The position numbers and the translations under genes are program-made. 63,523 nt of DNA, from NCBI RefSeq assembly GCF_001194135.2, contig NC_068981.1, forward strand, positions 93,055,591 to 93,119,113, read 5' to 3'. Each line of letters opens with the position of its first letter. The stretch's first letter is position 1. This stretch comes from Octopus bimaculoides (taxonomy: Eukaryota). Under the pieces are notes generated by a model. That model was not told where the DNA came from and ran no database searches. It saw only the letters and a program-made list of their open reading frames with translations. This document shows positions 25,412 to 38,610 of this stretch, in pieces.

Positions 25412-27153
25412 ATGCCAAGTAATAAATATAATACCTTTCATATGAAATACATTCTAAATTACTATTTTAGTATACAATATCGAATAATCTTCTCTCTTAA
25501 TTATAATTTTAAAATATTATAACAAACATTTATTTCTTAATATCTTAAATCTTATATCCCAAATCAATTATGCTTATTTCCATTTGTATTCCTATTTTAG
25601 TCTCACTTCCTTACATTTTGCCCTTAAAGAAATTTATTCCTCTTTATTCCATTATTTGTTTCATCTCTCAATTTTCTTCAATACCCATAACAGCCTTTAC
25701 TGTACTCAAATGACTTCTTTATGCCTCTTAACACCTATAGCAGTATATTTTTCCAATACATCTTAGTATTATAGCAAGATTCCATTACATAATATCTCCA
25801 CCCCTGCCACTATCTCCGCGTCCTGTCTTTCCTAACAAATTATTGTTTATGTTATTTGAATATTTGCAAATACGGTCCTCATCCGTCTTATTTAGTTCGT
25901 TATTTACCACTAATATGTAAGCATTCGCCCTTATGAAATCCGGTCATACTGTGGGGTTTGTTTACATCAGTGTCACCGCCGTTATTACTATTTCTCTTAT
26001 TCAAGTCAAGTGAAAATCCGTGTCTCTAATTTCCCACCCCGCAATAAACATTATTCAATTTTAACACATTTTATATTCCACAGCTTCTAATAGGTGAAAA
26101 ATCGGCCGCCTAATTACGGGTCCTTCGTAAGGGAGTCAGTACTGACAACGTAACCCCGGAAAACCCTACCTAATTTAGCAATAAAAACGAAAAAAACATA
26201 CGTTTTTAAACCACATACTTCCAGTGGAGAACTCTGTTTAAGACAAGTTAGGTAACTGACTTCATTCCAAACAATTTAAATGACGTTTGTTTGACCGAAA
26301 CTGTTCAAAACCCTCAAGATAAACATAAATAAATACATATGCCAGTGTATGTGTTTGTATGTTATATATATATTTGTAGAAATCTGTGGTCTGTTTCGTT
26401 GAGCATCATAGAAACCATATTTTTGTGTACGAATGTGTACATGGCCATATCAGTTAGGATTGCTAAAGCAATTTTCCAGGTCGCTGGGAGATCTTGCACT
26501 ACTTTCATTAACAGTCATTTACACCCCTTCCATTTTTCCTCGCTTCATCGTCCGATGTTCTTAAATACTTTTTCACAACTTGTTAGGTTTAATATACTCG
26601 AATATATCCCTTGAAGGTAAGTTCTCAGCATGGCTGCAGTCTGTTGACGGAAATCAATAACTTTATATGCATTCAATATGGCACATTCAAATAATTCTAT
26701 GCCCACTCGATGTAGTGAAACTAGAACTTTCTTTTTGATAATGATACCTGCTAAGCAGTATCAAGATGGTAAGTTAGGAAAATAGAATCCATTATAGATT
26801 AATTAATGGAATTCACTAATGCACATACCATTAAGTATAAAGTAGGATATTCTATTAAGTGTGTGTATGTCATTAATCATAACCTTTTTAGGCTTTGATT
26901 GCATAGCTGCAGAGAAGTAAATCTATGACACACCTAAACCAGCACTGGATTCAAATAGCGATGTGTATAACATTTACAAAGTATTTAGAAAAGTATAACG
27001 GAAATGATTGTAATATTTGGTCGTAGACAAACTTCTCATGAAGATTAGTGTGTTAAAAATGTGCATGTGTGCGTACATTATTTTAAGCTTTCGTACAATC
27101 AATGAATGTTTCCTTTACTGATATTAATATCCATACGAATATTTTTGGCTTAG

Positions 27154-27270
27154 TTCTGAATGTCTGGGAATTATTCGTCAAGAGGTAGATCAAACGGGGA
27201 CGAAACCTCGTCTGAAATTTTACCGACAACCTTCAAAGCGAGCTCTGTGCGTTTTAATACACAATATTCT
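27154..27270 (+). CDS. Candidate isolated spliceosomal exon of unknown gene (117 nt)
   Basis: Acceptor tttttggcttag and donor gtgagt. Two readings are stop-free: SECLGIIRQEVDQTGTKPRLKFYRQPSKRALCVLIHNI, or MSGNYSSRGRSNGDETSSEILPTTFKASSVRFNTQYS from an ATG at 27159. No recognisable homology. Confidence 0.25.
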
Positions 27271-27369
27271 GTGAGTATTCTTTGAGAAATTTCAGTAAGA
27301 CAAAACATTACAGTTAGTGCCGTTCTGCGTATGTATTATAACTTTTATCATTTACTTATTTCAGTCATT

Positions 27370-27690
27370 ACACTGTTGCTCTGTCTAAAAAAATTCCTAG
27401 TCGAGTAAATCGACCCAGTACTCTGTTTTTAAGGCTAGTACTTATTCTATCGAACTTTTTGGCCGAACCCTCATGTTACGGAGACATAACACCGGTCGTC
27501 AAGCAGTGGTGGGGGACAAACACTGACAGAAAGGCACAAGCACACATAGATATAAATACATACGACAGACGTCTTTCAGTTTCCGTCAACCAATCCACTC
27601 GCAAGGCCTTGGTTGGCAGGAGGCAATAGTAGAAGACAGGTATCATGCTGGGGAACCAGCCCGAAACCATGTGGTTCGGAAGCAAGCTTC
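27370..27690 (-). mobile_element. SINE family B, internally deleted
   Basis: Reverse complement of the 24536 family (ctactattgcc..ccaaccaaggccttgcgagtggattggttgacggaaactgaaag). Confidence 0.8.
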
Positions 27691-27699
27691 ATATACACA

Positions 27700-28633
27700 C
27701 AAAAGATGGAGGCAAATATACTGTAGACTTGTGTTTAAGTAATCGTGGTTTCAGCTTCATTGCTCCATCTTTCTTTCTTGTGTTACAGAATAAATATGCA
27801 ATTGCAGTGTGCACTAAGGAAGAACAAAGATCATCGATCCGATTTTTCTGTTCTGAAGGTGTGTCAGGAGCTGAAATTCATCGCAGGCTTTCAGTAGAAT
27901 ACTTTAACAAGCGCTCAACTGCGTAGAAACGTACATGAGTCAACCGAGAAGTTTTTAAATAGCCGAATAAGCATGAAGCACGAAGAGAGAGCAGGAGTTA
28001 CATTTTGGGCTCATCACTGAGCCTGAATCCAAAAGACATAGTATGGAGTGAGAAACCCCGGATCCATCAGCGAAAAAGGAATCCAAATATCAACTTTTCA
28101 CAGAAAAAGTTATGCTAACCATTTGGGGGGATGAAAAAAACTTCCTCTACTGGAACATTACCTGGAAAAGATATCTACAATCAATTCTGCACGATACTAT
28201 GAAATACTGGCCAACAAACCGAAACTAACAATTCGCGCCAAAAGTCGGAGTCTATTGTCAATGGAAGCGTCATTGTTGCACGAATATACACACATACATA
28301 CAGCTGCCTAAACCTTCAAATCATTGAAAATTCGTGTACTGAATTACTGGGGCACCCTGCATACAGTTCAATTTCGCACCTTCTTTGGACCGCTCGTACA
28401 TCGTTTGTGAGGTCGGCAATTTGCTACGTACAAAAAAACATGTCGGAAGTGATACATAGATAGCTGCGTGCCCAGCCGAATATTTTCCATGTTGATGGAA
28501 TAAGGACGCTTTTAGACCGCTTGACAAAATGCATTAAAATGCAAGGAGGCAACGTCATAATTGTTCAACATTTCTTTTTATTATAATAAATTAAAAGAGT
28601 AAGAATGCGTATTATTACTTACTTAACCTCATA
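27700..28633 (+). mobile_element. Mariner transposase relic
   Basis: CTKEEQRSSIRFFCSEGVSGAEIHRRLS (N-terminal HTH), then decayed LLHDN and HPAYSPDLAPS equivalents and a TIR-like end ttacttaacctcata. Confidence 0.8.
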
Positions 28634-29035
28634 TGTATGTATAAACATGTATATATCTATAACAGAAACAGGTTTCAACGAAAAAAGACTACACGTGGTA
28701 TAAATAGTGCAAAAGCAAAATGAAACAAAGGAAATGCACACAAGGTATAAACGTATGCTTTTTTTAAATAAAAACAAAGATATATGTGTTGATTCAAAGA
28801 CAGTGAGCAGCGATGATGAAACCGGTATGACTTTCTATACTGACTCATAATAATGATTTTTATACTTCTTAATTCCACCTCAACTCATTTATTTGCATGT
28901 ATTTATATATCTATGTTTTTATTTACAATGCTATTACAATTATACCTAGTGTGCATTTTCTTTGTTCTGTTTTTGCTTTCCCCCTTATATATATATACAA
29001 GATACTTGGATCTTACATTTATATATATAAATATA

Positions 29036-29806
29036 TATTACAAATAAAAGGGTAAAGGATTATTAATTTATTAATAAATTAATAATTAATAATTTTTACG
29101 AAGCCCTTCGGTATGTAAACACCATTATCGGTGAAGAACTTATTTAAAAGTTCTTATACATTTATAAACATAATTAAGGGATCAGCAACAGTTGCTTTAC
29201 CACATATCGAAGTTCAGAAATAGCAGCTAAAGTGCTGAAACTCCAACAGATAGCAATACTTGTAACTCACAAAGGCAAAATAAAAAGATAAAATAACGAA
29301 ACTAACAAGTCTTAGTTAATCAGACGCGTTTCTGGCTAAGAAAAGTGAAAACGTTTCATTTCCTCATCAGTATGATATTCCAGTTTGCAAATTTGACGAA
29401 GCTGGCAATTGTCCATGCACGACCGAGCGACATCGTGCATCAGCGCAATATGAACATGCAGATCCATTAATTATGTTTATAAATGTATAAGAACTTTTAA
29501 ATAAGTTCTTCACCGATAATGGTGTTTACATACCGAAGTGCTTGGTAAAAATTATTAATTATTAATTTATTAATAAATTAATAATCCTTTACCCTTTTAT
29601 TTGTAATAACCATTCACTCCCTGATAGTAAACCGCAGATTTTCTGCGGTATTGCTGGTAACGCACATGATAATTCTTGAGGAGGGATAAGAACTGGCTGG
29701 CCTATGTAAGTTCGGAGATGCTGTTGGAGTTTCAGCACTTTAGCTGCTATTTCTGAACTTCGGTATGTGGTGAAGCAACCGTTGCTGATCCCTTAATTAT
29801 GTTTAT
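29036..29806. repeat. Interleaved inverted repeats A-B...A'...B' (probable PLE terminal repeats)
   Basis: A 29036-29177 pairs with A' 29467-29608 (142 bp, 2 mismatches). B 29164-29249 pairs with B' 29721-29806 (86 bp, 3 mismatches). Confidence 0.9.
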
Positions 29807-30429
29807 ATATATATATATATATATAGTACGTCTAGTACCATTCTTCATTAGTGTATACATTACAAATTTCATACACATCGTTATCTTAATCCAATGCAGA
29901 TCACGTGCGTATTTTATCTTTATTTATTAGAATACTGCCGAAGTAATATTGAAATTACTTCATAGGATATATAAATATCTTAGGAGTATCTCAAAGTGTC
30001 ATAATAAGCATCAGAATCGAAAATATAGATTTCTTTCTTGCTAAATTATCCTCTGTGTATATCAAAGAAGTTTAGAATACAAATCGTGTAAATTTACTAT
30101 TCAGTATGTAATTATATTTGTCTTCAAAGTTTATGAAAACTGTAAAATAACTTTAGACGTATTACAAAAGCAATATATTCAAATATGTAAATTATTCTCA
30201 ACTGGTTATAATTTATCATGTGATTTCGTAACATTTTAAAAGAGTTCGATTGTAACAATTTCTCTATAAAGGTACAATATTAACTGGGTTTCGTTTTTAC
30301 TATCATTTTTGTTTGTTGTAAATCCATTAAACACATTCGATTATTTGACTTATCCATGTAATAATGTGTGTGTGTGTATGTGTGTGCGTGTCTGCACGCG
30401 CTCATGTTTGTGTGCATGTGTACACTTGC

Positions 30430-30465
<36 letters not shown>

Positions 30466-30695
30466 NNNNNNNNNNNNNNNNNNNNNNNNNNNNNNNNNNN
30501 NNNNNNNNNNNNNNNNNNNNNNNNNNNNNNNNNNNNNNNNNNNNNNNNNNNNNNNNNNNNNNNNNNNNNNNNNNNNNNNNNNNNNNNNNNNNNNNNNNNN
30601 NNNNNNNNNNNNNNNNNNNNATATATATATACATATATATGTGTGTATGCGTGTGTGTGTGTGTGTGTGTGTGCGTACACTCATGCGCACACATA

Positions 30696-31583
30696 AACGA
30701 GGGGGTACCAATAAGAGACCGGAATTTTGCATTATTGTTTTATTTACTTAGTTTTACATGCTTACACTTTTATCTCCTCCCAAGATCGATGTTTTCCATC
30801 TGAAGCAATACATCGATCCAGATGCGTTTTCCACTGGTCGAAGCATTCCTTGAACTCTTGCGAACTCTTTTCACATCTACCACATCTGCAATTCCGTAGC
30901 GCCAACTTTCATCACCAGTAATCACCTTCGAAAAAAGGTCTGGATCAACCTCCAACTGTTCATTCAGTCTACGACACGAATTAAGTCGGAAATGCTTTTG
31001 ATCTTCCGTCAGCAAGCGAGGTACAAATTTTGCTGCAACACTTTTCATTCACAATTCCTCGTTCAATATTCATTGGCAGGAGATCCAGGACACACCAGTC
31101 ATATGAACTAGTTCGTCAAATGTTCGGTGACAGTCCTCCAAGATCAGTTCATAATGTGTCGTGATGCTTTCATTCGTTCGGAGGTCAGTGGTTGCCCTGA
31201 ACGAGGTTGGTCTCAAAGCGGCAAGTGATCATTCCTAAAGCGGGAGAATTGTTCGTAAACGTGTGTTTTGCTTATGACAGCGCCCTTCTAAGTTATTTGA
31301 AGCATGAGAACTGTTTTGTACGACTTTTGTCCCTGCAGAAAACAGATTTTCACGGAAGCACTCTGTTCCTTCGTTTCAAGCATCATCGCAAAAATCGACG
31401 AACAGGGGTGAAACACTGCAAAACAATGAAGCACTACGTAGCAGAACGACTTCACATAACGACGCCAGTCAGCATAGTGATGCCTGAGCGTTGCATGAAG
31501 TGGCTTCTAGCGGCGGAAGCCTGAAATACAAGGGGATTGTCCCAAAAAGAACGTTCCTGGTTACTTTTGGCTACTTCCTCGTA
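30696..31583 (-). mobile_element. Mariner relic with both TIRs, internally deleted
   Basis: ORF 30770-31048 reads VAAKFVPRLLTEDQK...KVITGDESW. TIRs: acgagggggtaccaataagagaccggaa and the reverse complement of ttcctggttacttttggctacttcctcgta. Confidence 0.85.
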
Positions 31584-31903
31584 TGCATACATGCATAAAG
31601 TTATTTCTCAATGTGTCTCAATAACCTTACGCATTCACATACATCACACATAAACACGTTCACAACACACAGAAATACATTCACTCATACACTCACTTGA
31701 TCGAACCAAATACAAATGAGAAAGAAAATAAAGATTATGATGCAAGGAACATACTTAGAAATAAACGATAGAAGACTTTATTTATTCTCATTATCCGTCA
31801 TTTTTACGATTATGTGTATATATGTAGGTATGTGGTCAATCTCGTGCACCTTTGTGTATGTCTTTGTTTCCGTACACACATGTATGTGTGTGTGTATATG
31901 CAT

Positions 31904-31934
<31 letters not shown>

Positions 31935-33370
31935 CATATATGTACATTTATGTATATATANNNNNNNNNNNNNNNNNNNNNNNNNNNNNNNNNNNNNNNN
32001 NNNNNNNNNNNNNNNNNNNNNNNNNNNNNNNNNNNNNNNNNNNNNNNNNNNNNNNNNNNNNNNNNNNNNNNNNNNNNNNNNNNNNNNNNNNNNNNNNNNN
32101 NNNNNNNNNNNNNNNNNNNNNNNNNNNNNNNNNNNNNNNNNNNNNNNNNNNNNNNNNNNNNNNNNNNNNNNNNNNNNNNNNNNNNNNNNNNNNNNNNNNN
32201 NNNNNNNNNNNNNNNNNNNNNNNNNNNNNNNNNNNNNNNNNNNNNNNNNNNNNNNNNNNNNNNNNNNNNNNNNNNNNNNNNNNNNNNNNNNNNNNNNNNN
32301 NNNNNNNNNNNNNNNNNNNNNNNNNNNNNNNNNNNNNNNNNNNNNNNNNNNNNNNNNNNNNNNNNNNNNNNNNNNNNNNNNNNNNNNNNNNNNNNNNNNN
32401 NNNNNNNNNNNNNNNNNNNNNNNNNNNNNNNNNNNNNNNNNNNNNNNNNNNNNNNNNNNNNNNNNNNNNNNNNNNNNNNNNNNNNNNNNNNNNNNNNNNN
32501 NNNNNNNNNNNNNNNNNNNNNNNNNTATATATATATATATATATCCATATATACATACATATATACATACATATATACATATATACATACATATTGTCAA
32601 AGTCTTTGAAGTACGCTATGTCTATAAATGCTGCAACCATTTTCTGATACGGAAATTCAATAGCCAATTCCAAATGATGTCTATTTTTATGGGTAATGAA
32701 TTTCAGTAAATGCTCAGTGACGAGTGCCAAGCATAATATTGATAATTCTATTATCGTCCACGTTTAAAGGCAAACATATATGTATGTGTGTTTGCGAGCT
32801 TGTGTGCATAGTACCTATACTTCTGTACATGCACAGACACATACATACACACAGATTGAGAGAAGCATTTGCGGAGATAGATAGTATGACACGACGTATA
32901 TATTTGTGTATGTAATCTACAGTATTAGAGGCGGCACGCTAGTGCGAATGCGTACACGCGTGAATGAAGGAATATATTCTGCTTGAATTCTTCCCACGAA
33001 TTCTGCTACGTTCGGCGAGAATAGCTGGCCTTTCCTCAACAATCAATTTTACTATCAATATCAAAATGATCAGTTTATCAACAGTAAGACAGACACAAAT
33101 TTTACGGCGCCAAGTATACAGATCTGTGCAATTTTACCCTCTTTACATAAATACATTAAAAACGGTATCGTAATACAAATCAAAAGAACATATCAACGCG
33201 TATAGTTTGGAAAATATTTGTTTAAACTTTTATGACTATTGACTATGTCGTATTATGTTTACACTTTTGGCTAATCATACGAAAACAAAGTAACATCCAT
33301 TACACACATGTGGGAAATTTGTCTGGCAACTGTTGGTGTGCCCACCTACAATTACTTTCGGAGTAAGAGA

Positions 33371-33414
<44 letters not shown>

Positions 33415-33548
33415 AGGGAGGGAGAGAGTTTACTAAGAAAGAGCGGGGGTGGTGGTGAAGTTTTTCCTTCATGGGGAGAGAACCGCTCAGGGTGTATTTT
33501 ATTTATTTATTTATTTTCAATTTATCGTTATTATCCGAAGGTTTTTAT

Positions 33549-33753
33549 GGCAGAATTGCTAGCAGACTGGACAAAATGGTTAACGATATTTCGCCCGTCG
33601 CTACGTTCTGAGTTCAAATTCCACTCTGGTCGGCTTTATATTTCATCCTTTCGGGGTCGGTAAATTAAGTGAAACTCACTGGGGTCGATGTAATTGACTA
33701 TTCCCCTACCCACCAAATTTCAGGCCTTGTGCTTTCAGTAGAAAGGACTATTA
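33549..33753 (+). mobile_element. SINE family A, decayed
   Basis: gagttcaaatt, ttcatcctttcggggtcggtaaattaag and cactggggtcgatgtaat. Confidence 0.8.
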
Positions 33754-33959
33754 TGCGAGGTCTTTTTCTTATGAGTGAGCGAACATATGAAATAAATTCC
33801 GATATAATTCATTTTTTCCAATTTTGGGTGTCCTATTAGCTCTAGACAACACTTTTTAGTTTCTCCTTAGGTCGAATTGTAGAGGCCAGGCCCCATCATC
33901 TCCGTATGCCCTAAAGGCGGCATCTGCTCTTTCGTCGATTTTAAGCATATAAAGTGTAA

Positions 33960-36900
33960 GTGCATTCAATGAACCCTAGTTTGTAAGAGAAAGTCTGCTC
34001 TTATTGGTAAGGAGATGCAAAAGTATATAATGAACATTGTAGCATCATCAGAAACTAGATGTGTTGGGCAAAGTAACTTTAGTGAGAAATCCAGTGGCTA
34101 CACATTTTATAGGAGTGAGAAAGAAGAGAAAGAAAATTGCAAAAGAGAAAGTGGTGTTGCTTTTGCTCCGAAAACCTCCTTGGTTGATAATTTAGAGGAT
34201 TTGCCATAAAGTGTAAATAATAGAATGGTATTGCTGAGGTTGCCTTTAAAATAAGATCGGTATGTAACACTCGTTAGTGTCTATGCACCAACTATGAAAG
34301 CAAGTGAAAATGAAAAGCTCTCGTTATATGATGCACTGAAAGAAAACATCCGCGAAATTCCACTCGAGGATAAGATGATCATATTGGGCAATTTTAATGC
34401 TAGGTTTGGTAGAGATCATGAGTCATGGGTTGTGTTGGAAGACACGGAGTGGGAAATTGCAACAGCAATGGCATACTTTTGTTATAGATATGTTCTGAGC
34501 TGGATCTATTTATTATGAGCAGTGCTTTTTTAGTAAAAAGATAAGTTCAAAACTACATGAATGCACCCCGGTTCAAAACAATGACACTTTATTGACTATA
34601 TGATAACTAGAAAGCGAGATAAAAGAGATTTCTGTATAGTGTGGGTCATGCGGGGAGCAGAATTTTGGACAGATCATCGCTTGGTTCGTAGGAATATCAA
34701 GTTTGTTGTGAAGCGAAATAGTAGACGAAGTGGCGCTGGCATCCCTAAACGTCTGAACGTGGATCTCCTTAAGGATAAAACCGTTAAAGTAGAATTTCAG
34801 CAGGAAATCGAAAATTTGGAATGGACAGATGAGTGGATGGACTTCAGAGGACAACTATACAATTTAGGTAAAGAAGTCTTAGGAGTAAAGAAGAAGAAAC
34901 ATCAAGATTGGTTCGGTGAAATTGATGGAAATATTCAATATTTCTTGGAAGAAAAACGAAAAGCATTGCATTCATTACTAGCAAACGATTCTGATCAAAA
35001 TACAGCGTTTTTCAAAGAGATAAAAGCAGATGTGCAAAGAAAGATTCGAAGCAAACTACTTGGTGGCGGAAGAAAGCAGAAGAGATAGAAGCTGCTTCCA
35101 ATGTTATTATATACTCTCCTTCGTGAAGTGTATGGTCCATCATGTCCTACCTTGGCTCATGTGAAGAATACGAATAGTGTTTTATTGAGGGCCCCAAATA
35201 CACCTTAAAACGATAGGACGAACATTTCAATGAATTTCTGAATTGACCATCTGTTGTTTATGAAAATATATTGGTATGATTCCACGGAATGCACCCATTG
35301 AGCGCTTAGATGACACCCCGTCAGTGGAGGAAACAATAAAAGTAGTATCAAAGCTGAACAATGGCAAAGTACCGGGAGTTGATAGTATGATTGTATAGAC
35401 TATTTAAGTTTGTGGGTATTACTTGCTAGAAATACTGACAGCAGTAATACAGAAGATATGGAAAAATGAAGTGATGCCAAAAGACTGGAAGGATGCACTC
35501 ATGGAAGTTGTGTTCAACGGTTAGGGACAAAAGGATGAATGTAATAACTTTCGTGGTATTTGCCTATTTGCTACAGCGGGCAAAGTTCTATCATGAATAA
35601 TGTTGAATTGGCTGTAGATATATGTGGCTAATAAGATTCTTCCTGAATCACAGAGTGAATTCAGAAATGGTAGGGATATTATTTACTTGATCTTTTCTGC
35701 ATGGCAGTCACAGGAAAAGTGTATGGAACAGCAAATAGGACTTTACCAGGTAGTCATTGACCTTACTAAAGCTTTCGACTCTGTCAGTCGAACTGCTTTG
35801 TGGGAGATCTTGAAGATGCCCGGTAAAGATTCTCCCTATTCTCGAACAGTTTTATGGTGGCATTGAAGTAAAGATCAGCATTGGTGGAAAGCTCTCGGAG
35901 GCTGTCTCTGTCATGAATGGCGTAAAACAAGGTGACATACCAGCACCCACTCTCTTCACCCTCTACTTTACTAGTTTTCAATTGACTTCCAAAGGATCCT
36001 ATGAAGGCATATCTATCAGATATCGCACAATAGGAAAGCTCTTTAACAACAGGACTGTCAGCTAAGTCAAGGACGTCCTCAACGCTTATTAGAGACCTCC
36101 TCTATGCAGATGATTGTGATATTGTCACTCATACTGAGGAGGACATACAACATTTTATGAATGCAATTTCAATGGTTTGTGAGGCATTTGGCTTAAGCAT
36201 AAATCTAACCGAAACTGTTGTCATGCTTCAGCCAACACCAGGAATGACACACATAGAACTTGGTATCTTCATGTATAGAAGAAAACTTGCTGTGGTTTCT
36301 AAGTTTGTTTACGTAGGGAGCACACTAAACACATAAGTGAATCTTGATGATGAAGTGTCACTACGCATTCAGAAAACCAGTTTTCCTTTTGGCAAACTGG
36401 AAGACCGCCAATGGTCTAGGCATGGTATTTCCACTGCGACAAAGTTTAAGGTATACAACACATGTATCTTGACCTCTTTATTATATGCTTCTGAAGCCGG
36501 GACTGTGTATCGTAAGCACTTAAAATTTATGGAACGTTTTCATCAACAATGTCTCAGAAGAATTCTGAGAATCACCTGGAAAATGTTTGTGAGTGACGAT
36601 AAGGAGCTTGAAAGAAGGAAATGCTTCAGTATTGAAGCTTTTCTATTGCAGTACAGATTGAGATGGAGAGGACACTTAGTCAGAATGACAGATAACAGAG
36701 GATTCGTAACAGGTAAACGTCCTACCCACAAACTAAAGATGAGGTACTAAGATTGTCTAAAGTCGGGATCAAATAAATGTTCCAATTGACAACTGGAAGG
36801 ATTTAGCGCACTGCCGAGCAAATTGGAAAACAATTTGTGTATGAAGGCAAAAATGGATTTGAAAGGAAGAGAATGGAGCATGCAAAGGTCAAAAGAAATC

Positions 36901-37200
36901 TGAGAAAAAGTGACAGGAATGATGTTTTACCAAGCATTACTGAACGTGATGATCTTACAAGTGATGAATGTGGAAAGATTTGTCTTAGTAAGGCTGGGCT
37001 AAAGAGCTATATCAAATCACAAATTGCACAACCGCACATTGATTACAGATGGACAGATGATTTCGAACGCATACTCTGCCATAAAGTATACAGATAAAAA
37101 AGTGGATTGAAAAGGCAGAGTAAACTTCATGTTAAATTGTCAAAAAGTATGTAAGACTTTGGCAGGCCTCAAAAGCCATATTCGTGTAGCTCATCGATGA
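33960..37200 (+). mobile_element. RTE-clade LINE, near full-length but with many stops and frameshifts
   Basis: APE endonuclease motifs (SETR, RESGVAF, SVYAPT, ILGNFNAR, TDHRLV), RT motifs (LPESQ..FR, IDLTKAFDSV, GVKQG, YADD at 36103-36114) and C-terminal C2H2-like knuckles (CDECGKICLSKAGLKSYIKS). Confidence 0.92.
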
Positions 37201-37260
37201 TATTCTGAGGCATAATGAAATCAGGCAATGGCTCTACTCAAAATCGAGTTGGCAACCACA

Positions 37261-37327
37261 ATGTATGTATGTATGTATGTATGTATGTATGTATGTATGT
37301 ATGTATGTATGTATGTATGTATGTATG
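37261..37327. repeat. (TATG)n microsatellite
   Basis: Direct reading. Confidence 0.95.
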
Positions 37328-37394
37328 TGTCATAATGATTTAATAATTAGTAGACTAAGCACATAGTCACGTTTTCAAATATAATAATTAACTT

Positions 37395-38185
37395 CAGAAA
37401 CAGTTTGTAGGTTGTGTGATTGGGGTCGGAAATTTCGGAGAGTCTGTAGCCTTCTCATGGTAAGGCTGAACAAGCATCTCTAACAAACTCTAGTGGATGA
37501 TAATGCTGATTTGGCCTTGTACTCTCGCTTTGTAGATGATAAACTCATCGAGAAAATTTGCCCTGCGCTGATAATGTTCAAATGAGTCAATAGTATTTGA
37601 TAACTATAATTCAAGAAATAATCAAAACTATTAATGAGAATGTAAATATGAATGTAAATATAGATATGCTTGTAAACTTAACTTGTTCGAAATCCTGAAA
37701 TGTAGATAGAGATTGCCGTGATCAACAAAAGATTTGCCATGATCGATAGAATCCATACATGTCTGGCTGTTCACAAAATGATTGAACCAGGTTGATGAAT
37801 ATTCTACTGGAACAGGCTAGATGACGATATCAATGACATGTCCACGAGAAATACGTCGTATAATATTAAGTTTGGAAGTGTTATGAGTATACAGCCGCTA
37901 ACGAAGCAAGTATTTGATAGTAATTTTAGAAAAATCATTCGATTAACTAACCTTAATATTAAGGTTGTCGAAAACATAGGTGAATCTATCGAATCTATCA
38001 TATGTGCATCTTACCTCTTTGACAATTACAGATGTCAAGGAAGTACGTGGAGTGTGCAATAAACCTACATATCACCTGCAAAGTGAGAAATATTGTGCTA
38101 GGAGTATTGACGAAAATTCAGGGACATTATGACAGCTACGTCAATCAGCGTTCTACCAGCACGAGCAAGATTGTCATAGTAACTA
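37395..38185 (+). mobile_element. Penelope-like (Naiad-like) RT plus GIY-YIG relic, internally deleted
   Basis: KQFVGCVIGVGNFGESVA (motif B'), LALYSRFVDD (motif C), IKVVENIGESIESIICASYLFDNYRCQGSTWSVC and SAFYQHEQDCH. Collinear with the ORF at 41714-42241. Confidence 0.75.
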
Positions 38186-38526
38186 TCGCCTAATTATCGC
38201 TCTAATCATGCCACGAACACGCACACACACATAACCGCACACAGCAACTCACATACACACGCACACACGCACGTGTGCGTGCGGGCGCGAGCGTGCGTGT
38301 GTGTGCTCGTGTGTGGGGATTGGGTATGGGTGTGTGTGTGTTTGTGCGTTCGCGCGTGTGTGTATACATATATACAACTTTCAGATGATTTGTACTGCAT
38401 CTTTTGAAGAGATGATATATTTTTACTCAATCTTGCCTGCCGTTCATAATTGATATTGAAAGGTTTTACATCGTTTTCTGGAATATAATTTTTCTTTACA
38501 CATCTAACACGCACGTATACGGTGCA

Positions 38527-38561
<35 letters not shown>

Positions 38562-38562
38562 A

Positions 38563-38610
<48 letters not shown>

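Noticed and set aside
33860-33960. Possible HDV-like ribozyme at the RTE 5' end
   Set aside because: It is GC-rich, but I could not build P1, P1.1, P2 and P3 pairings by eye.
37411-37459. Apparent exon encoding a Rossmann or kinase-like GVGNFG motif
   Set aside because: It is PLE RT motif B', followed at the right distance by YSRFVDD.
38015-38075. Minus-strand exon with textbook acceptor and donor
   Set aside because: It is antisense to the Cys-cluster/GIY-YIG part of the PLE relic.
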